Of a DNA stretch of 64,000 nucleotides, positions 59,684-64,000 are shown piece after piece. Within the stretch, counting starts at the first letter, position 1. Each line of letters opens with the position of its first letter. The notes beneath the pieces are model-generated. The model saw only the letters and a program-made list of their open reading frames with translations. It was not told the origin of the DNA and searched no databases. The position numbers and the translations under genes were made by a program. The DNA comes from Candidatus Fervidifonticultor secundus (GTDB lineage Bacteria; Sysuimicrobiota; Sysuimicrobiia; Sysuimicrobiales; Humicultoraceae), in the NCBI GenBank assembly GCA_031459385.1, contig JAVKIP010000002.1, positions 160,355 through 224,354 on the forward strand. Direction: 5' to 3'.

Positions 59684-60631
59684 CTACGCGGCCGCCGCCC
59701 ACCGTCCCACCGCCTCGCGCACCCACTGGTGCTGCGCGTGGTAGCGGTTGCGCAGGGCAAGCCTCTCCCGGGTCCGGGGCCCCTCGCCCCGCAGGATACG
59801 CCGGAACTCCTCCCAGTCGGGCTCGGTGTAGACATACTGGCCGGTGGCCTCGTCCCACCGGAGACCGGGGTCGGGCACGCGCAGCCCGTACTCCTGAATG
59901 AGCGGCACGAACTGCCGGAGGAACTGCTGGCGCAGCTCGTCGTTGGTCTTGACCTTGATACGCCAGCGCATCATCTGGTCGAGGTGCGGCGACGCCTGGT
60001 CCCGGGGCCCGAAGAAGTGCATCAGCGGCGTCCACCACCGGTCCAGCGCGTCCTGCACCATGGCCCGCTGCGCCGGCGTGCCCTCGGCCAGGGCCTTGAA
60101 GCCATCGATCCCCAGCCGGATGTGGAAGTCCTCCTCGTAGCAGATCCGGCGCAGCACCCGCGCGTACGGTGCGTAGGAGCAGGCCCGCAGCGCCCCTTGC
60201 GTCTGCATCGCCGCCCCGTCCACGAAGACCTGGATGACGACCACGTCGGCCCAGGTCTCGGCCGGATAGTGGAAGACGTTGTGAAACTTCGCCCGGCCTG
60301 CCAGCAGGTCGTCGATCATGGCCGCGCGGGGTCGACCCAGGTCCTCGGCAACCCGGTAGAGGAGCTGCGCGTGCCCGATCTCATCCTGGACCTTGGCGAC
60401 CAGGGCCATCTTCCTGGCCAGGGTCGGAGCCCGAGGGATCCACTCCCGCTCCGGGAGGGCGCCCATCAGCTCGGAGTTGGCGTGCATCTGGATCAGGCGG
60501 AGGCACTCGGCGCGGTACCGGGCCGGCATCCACTCGCCCGCTTCCACCCGGTCGCCGGCGGCGATGCGTGCCTCGAACGCGGCCAGCCGCTCGGGGTCGT
60601 CCTCGTGGCCTGTCGGGGGAAATTCCACCAC
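59684..60631 (-). CDS. paaA: Phenylacetyl-CoA epoxidase subunit A
   Basis: WMP..YR, HA.SE..G.LPE..WI.RAP.L.RK, KVQDE.GH, SY.PY.R, IC.EE.FH. Confidence 0.95.
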   Translation of the reverse strand: MVEFPPTGHEDDPERLAAFEARIAAGDRVEAGEWMPARYRAECLRLIQMHANSELMGALPEREWIPRAPTLARKMALVAKVQDEIGHAQLLYRVAEDLGRPRAAMIDDLLAGRAKFHNVFHYPAETWADVVVIQVFVDGAAMQTQGALRACSYAPYARVLRRICYEEDFHIRLGIDGFKALAEGTPAQRAMVQDALDRWWTPLMHFFGPRDQASPHLDQMMRWRIKVKTNDELRQQFLRQFVPLIQEYGLRVPDPGLRWDEATGQYVYTEPDWEEFRRILRGEGPRTRERLALRNRYHAQHQWVREAVGRWAAAA

Positions 60632-60661
60632 TCGATCACCTCCGCGGCCGGATCGCCCTTC

Positions 60662-60691
60662 ATTGTAGGTGTCGCGCGACGAGGCCGTCAA
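60662..60691 (-). promoter_or_regulatory. paa operon promoter
   Basis: TTGACG (overlaps HIT gene TGA), 18 nt, TACAAT. Confidence 0.7.
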
Positions 60692-61176
60692 CGTAACCGC
60701 GCCCCCAGGGCAGCGCGCAGCCGGTCGTAGGTGTCCTCCAGGTGCTGGGGGAGCACCTTCGTCGCGGCCACGACCGGCATGAAGTTCGTATCCCCCACCC
60801 ACCGCGGCACCACATGCAGGTGGAGGTGGTCCTCGATCCCCGCCCCGGCGGCCCGCCCCAGGTTCAGGCCGACGTTGAACCCCTGCGGCGCCAGGGCCGC
60901 CTCCAGCGCGCCTATCGCCAGGGCAGTCACGCGCACCACCGCGGCCGCCTCCTCGGCGGACAGGGCGTCCAGCCGGGCCGTGTGGCGGTACGGAACCACC
61001 ATGACATGCCCGCTGTTGTACGGAAACTGGTTGAGCATCACGAACGCATGGACGTCACGGTGGACGATGAGGCGGCTGCGATCGTCGGCGGCCGCCAGCG
61101 CCTCGCAGAAGATGCAGACGTCCGGCTTCGGTGCCGTGACGTAGGTGCCACGCCACGGTGCCCACAGCACGTTCAT
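60688..61176 (-). CDS. HIT family nucleotide hydrolase/phosphorylase
   Basis: [42 protein letters not shown]. Confidence 0.93.
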   Translation of the reverse strand: MNVLWAPWRGTYVTAPKPDVCIFCEALAAADDRSRLIVHRDVHAFVMLNQFPYNSGHVMVVPYRHTARLDALSAEEAAAVVRVTALAIGALEAALAPQGFNVGLNLGRAAGAGIEDHLHLHVVPRWVGDTNFMPVVAATKVLPQHLEDTYDRLRAALGARLR

Positions 61177-61877
61177 GACGCGCCACGGTCAGTCCGGGCA
61201 AGCGCCTGGGCCGCCGCGGCCTGTTCGGCTTCTTTCTTGCTGCGGCCGCGCCCCTCGCCGAGGACTTTGCCGCCCGCTTCGACCACCGCCACGAAGACGC
61301 GGGCGTGGTTGGGGCCTTCCTCCTGCGCGATGCGATATCGGGGCATCTGCCCGCGGCGCTGCAGGCGTTCCTGGAGCTGGCTCTTGAAGTCCTGGCCTGC
61401 GCGCTGCATCTCCTCCGAAAGCTCGGCGATCCACCGCGAGACCACCGCGTGCGCCACGCCGTAGCCGGAGTCCATGTAGATCGCTCCGATCACGGCCTCC
61501 ACGGCGTCGGCCAGCAGCGCCGGCCGCTGGCGCCCCCCGCCTTTCTCCTCTCCCTTGCCCAGCAGGACGTAGCGCGCCAGGCCCAGCCGGCGGGCGATGG
61601 ATGCCAGTGCGGCCTCGTTCACCAGACGCGCCCGCTGCTTGGCCAACCCGCCTTCGTCCACATCCGGGTGGCGGCGGTAGAGCTCGTCGCTCACGACCAG
61701 ACTCAACACGGCGTCGCCCAGGAACTCCAGGCGCTCGTAGCTCTTAAGCGGGAAGCCGTGCTCGTGGCTGAACGATCCGTGGCGCAGCGCCAGGTCCAGT
61801 AGTGACCGGTCGCGGAACCTGACGCCCAGCCGCTCCTCGAGCTGGGCGAGTTGCGCGAGCCGTTCCTGCGAGAGCAC
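61173..61877 (-). CDS. rnc: Ribonuclease III
   Basis: [18 protein letters not shown]...D, dsRBD D.K..LQE, G.G.SKK.AEQ.AA; alternative start 61934. Confidence 0.97.
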   Translation of the reverse strand: MLSQERLAQLAQLEERLGVRFRDRSLLDLALRHGSFSHEHGFPLKSYERLEFLGDAVLSLVVSDELYRRHPDVDEGGLAKQRARLVNEAALASIARRLGLARYVLLGKGEEKGGGRQRPALLADAVEAVIGAIYMDSGYGVAHAVVSRWIAELSEEMQRAGQDFKSQLQERLQRRGQMPRYRIAQEEGPNHARVFVAVVEAGGKVLGEGRGRSKKEAEQAAAAQALARTDRGAS

Positions 61878-61926
61878 CTCGCCGACGGCGCCGGTCTCGT
61901 CAGGTTTGCCGGCACCGCGCAGGGGC

Positions 61927-63165
61927 CTAACCATGGGCGCGCAGCACCAGCGTGGCGTTGTGGCCGCCGAACCCGAAGGCGTTGGACATGGCGGCGCGCA
62001 GGCGCGCCGGACGCGCGGCGTTGGGGACGTAGTCCAGATCGCAGTCGGGATCGGGCATGTGGTAGTTGATGGTCGGCGGGATCACCTGGTGGCGCAGCGC
62101 CAGGCAGCAGGCGATGGCCTCGACGCCGCCCGCGGCGCCCAGCAGGTGCCCGGTCATCGACTTGGTGGAGCTGACTGCCAGGCGCCGGGCGTGCGCGCCG
62201 AAGGCGCGCTTGATGGCCAGCGTCTCGAGCCGGTCGTTGTAGAGGGTGCTGGTGCCGTGAGCGTTGATGTAGTCGACCTCCTCAGGGGCCAGCCCGGCAT
62301 CTCGCAGCGCCCCCAGCATGGCCCGGGACGCGCCGTCCCCCTCGGGATCGGGCTGGGTGATGTGATGGGCATCGGTGCTGGTGCCGTACCCGAGCAGTTC
62401 GGCATAGATGGGGGCGCCGCGCATCTCGGCCGCCTCCAGCGCCTCGAGGAGGACCACACCCGCTCCCTCGCCCATGACGAACCCGTCCCGGGTGGCGTCG
62501 AACGGCCGCGACGCGCGCGGGGGATCGTCGTTGCGGGTCGAGGTGGCCTTCATCGCCGCGAATCCCGCTAGCGAGAGGGGCGTGATCGCCGCCTCGGACC
62601 CGCCGGCCAGCATCGCGTCGGCCTCCCCGCGCTGGATCACGCGCGCCGCGTCGCCTATGGCGTTTCCGCCCGTGGCGCACGCGGTCACGACGCACTCGCT
62701 GGGCCCCTTGGCCCCCACGAGGATGGCGGTCACGCCGCTGGCCATGTTGCCGATGACCATGGGCACGAAGAACGGCGAGACGCGGTCCGGGCCGCGTTCT
62801 AGCAGCGCGCGATGCTGGGCTTCCCACGTGATCACGCCGCCCATGCCCGACCCGATCACGACGCCCACCCGGGTGGCGTTGGCGGGCGTGATGGTGAAGC
62901 GCGCATCCTCCAGCGCCAGACGGGCCGCGGCATAGGCGAACTGGACGAAGCGGTCGTTGCGTCGCGCTTCCTTCCGGTCCATGTAGGCCGTCGGGTCGAA
63001 GTCGGAGACCTCGGCCGCGATCTGGGTGGCAAACGGCGACGGGTCGAAGGCGGTGATGCGCCGGATGCCCGACCGCCCGGCCACGAGCGCCGCCCAGAAG
63101 GCCTCGTGCCCGATCCCAATGGGGCTGATGACGCCCAGACCGGTCACGACGACCCGCCGACGCAT
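61927..63165 (-). CDS. fabF: 3-oxoacyl-ACP synthase II
   Basis: [53 protein letters not shown]. Confidence 0.98.
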   Translation of the reverse strand: MRRRVVVTGLGVISPIGIGHEAFWAALVAGRSGIRRITAFDPSPFATQIAAEVSDFDPTAYMDRKEARRNDRFVQFAYAAARLALEDARFTITPANATRVGVVIGSGMGGVITWEAQHRALLERGPDRVSPFFVPMVIGNMASGVTAILVGAKGPSECVVTACATGGNAIGDAARVIQRGEADAMLAGGSEAAITPLSLAGFAAMKATSTRNDDPPRASRPFDATRDGFVMGEGAGVVLLEALEAAEMRGAPIYAELLGYGTSTDAHHITQPDPEGDGASRAMLGALRDAGLAPEEVDYINAHGTSTLYNDRLETLAIKRAFGAHARRLAVSSTKSMTGHLLGAAGGVEAIACCLALRHQVIPPTINYHMPDPDCDLDYVPNAARPARLRAAMSNAFGFGGHNATLVLRAHG

Positions 63166-63184
63166 GGCGTCCTCCGCGCCTCGA

Positions 63185-63433
63185 CTACTGCGCCTGGTCC
63201 TTCATGTGCGTCTCGATGTACTTCACGGCGTCCCCGACCGTCACGATCTTCTCGGCCTGGTCGTCGGGAATTTCGATCTCGAACTCCTCCTCGAGGGCCA
63301 TCACCAGCTCCACGACGTCCAGCGAGTCCGCCCCCAGGTCCTCCACGAACGAGGAGTCCCGGGTGATGGTCTCTTCCTCCACGCCGAGCTGGTGCGCCAC
63401 CCGTGCGCGGACGCGTTCGAACACCGACGCCAT
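63185..63433 (-). CDS. acpP: Acyl carrier protein
   Basis: [27 protein letters not shown] before ATG 63433. Confidence 0.98.
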   Translation of the reverse strand: MASVFERVRARVAHQLGVEEETITRDSSFVEDLGADSLDVVELVMALEEEFEIEIPDDQAEKIVTVGDAVKYIETHMKDQAQ

Positions 63434-63483
63434 CGTCCCGATCACCTCCACAGCGGCTTGGGCTGCTGGGCGCCCAACCTGGA

Positions 63484-64000
63484 TCAATGCATGATCATAC
63501 CACCGTCGACGTTCAGGACCTGTCCGGTGATGTACGCGGCGGCGTCCGAGGCCAGGAAGACTACGGCGGCGGCCACCTCCTCCGGCGTCCCGGCCCGGCC
63601 CAGCGGGATCTGCTGGAGATAGCGCGCCGTCACCTCGGGCGGCAGCCGTTCGGTCATGCCGGCCGCGATGTACCCGGGGGCCACGGCGTTGACGGTGATG
63701 CCCCGGGATCCCACCTCGCGCGCCACTGCACGGGTCAGCCCGATGATCCCAGCCTTGGCCGCCACATAGTTCGCCTGCCCGGCGTTCCCGGCCTGCCCCG
63801 CGGTCGACGCGACGTTGATGATCCGTCCGCTGCGCTGCCGGATGAACTCCCGGAGCGCCGCACGGATACAGTAGAAGGCGCCCGAGAGATTGGTCGCCAG
63901 CACCTGCTGCCAGTCCTCATCCTTCATCCGCAGGATGAGGCCGTCGCGGGTCAGCCCGGCGTTGTTCACCAGGATGTCGAGACGCCCGAACGTCTCGGTC
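63484..64000 (-). CDS. fabG: 3-oxoacyl-ACP reductase (5' end outside window)
   Basis: LVNNAG.TRD, YxxxK in [22 protein letters not shown]. Confidence 0.95.
   Translation of the reverse strand, partial: TETFGRLDILVNNAGLTRDGLILRMKDEDWQQVLATNLSGAFYCIRAALREFIRQRSGRIINVASTAGQAGNAGQANYVAAKAGIIGLTRAVAREVGSRGITVNAVAPGYIAAGMTERLPPEVTARYLQQIPLGRAGTPEEVAAAVVFLASDAAAYITGQVLNVDGGMIMH

Noticed and set aside
1..64000. CRISPR arrays, IS/integrase/phage genes, tRNA, rRNA, defence systems
   Set aside because: None detected by reading; the window is core housekeeping sequence.

Overview
Very GC-rich bacterial chromosomal core region with almost all genes on the minus strand. Gene order and regulatory grammar are Terrabacteria/Firmicutes-like (T-box, GAAC-N4-GTTC SOS boxes, 6S RNA after aspS); an Armatimonadota/Sysuimicrobiota-like, possibly thermophilic host is an unverified inference. 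In transcription order (right to left): fabG(partial)-acpP-fabF-rnc-HIT; paaABCD-FAD oxidoreductase-RibD_C reductase-ung; secD-secF-lapA-recJ fusion-rel-two PLP enzymes-dtd; Asp T-box-hisS-aspS-6S RNA-rarA-mnmA-ytxH-cca-small membrane ORF; orphan parA plus a Cys-rich partner; asnS; rimP-nusA-ylxR-infB-DUF503-rbfA-DHH-truB-ribF-rpsO-pnp-M16 peptidase-dapB-asd-dapA-uppP-ftsK; a collapsed nucleoside ABC relic-psuG-rodZ-cinA-thpR-recA-recX-UvrD/nuclease fusion; rny (partial). Plus-strand genes: HAD hydrolase, class V FBP aldolase/phosphatase, nucleotidyltransferase, DUF72. No mobile element, CRISPR array, tRNA or rRNA seen. Top leads: (1) orphan ParA coupled to a small protein with a ParB-like N-terminal peptide and a 5-Cys C-terminal domain; (2) an unassigned ~300-nt structured intergenic element upstream of rny; (3) RecJ-HIRAN-degenerate helicase fusion; (4) single-chain helicase-nuclease in the SOS-boxed recA operon; (5) SOS box over the uppP-ftsK promoter. 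All calls come from motif reading; no database searches were run.
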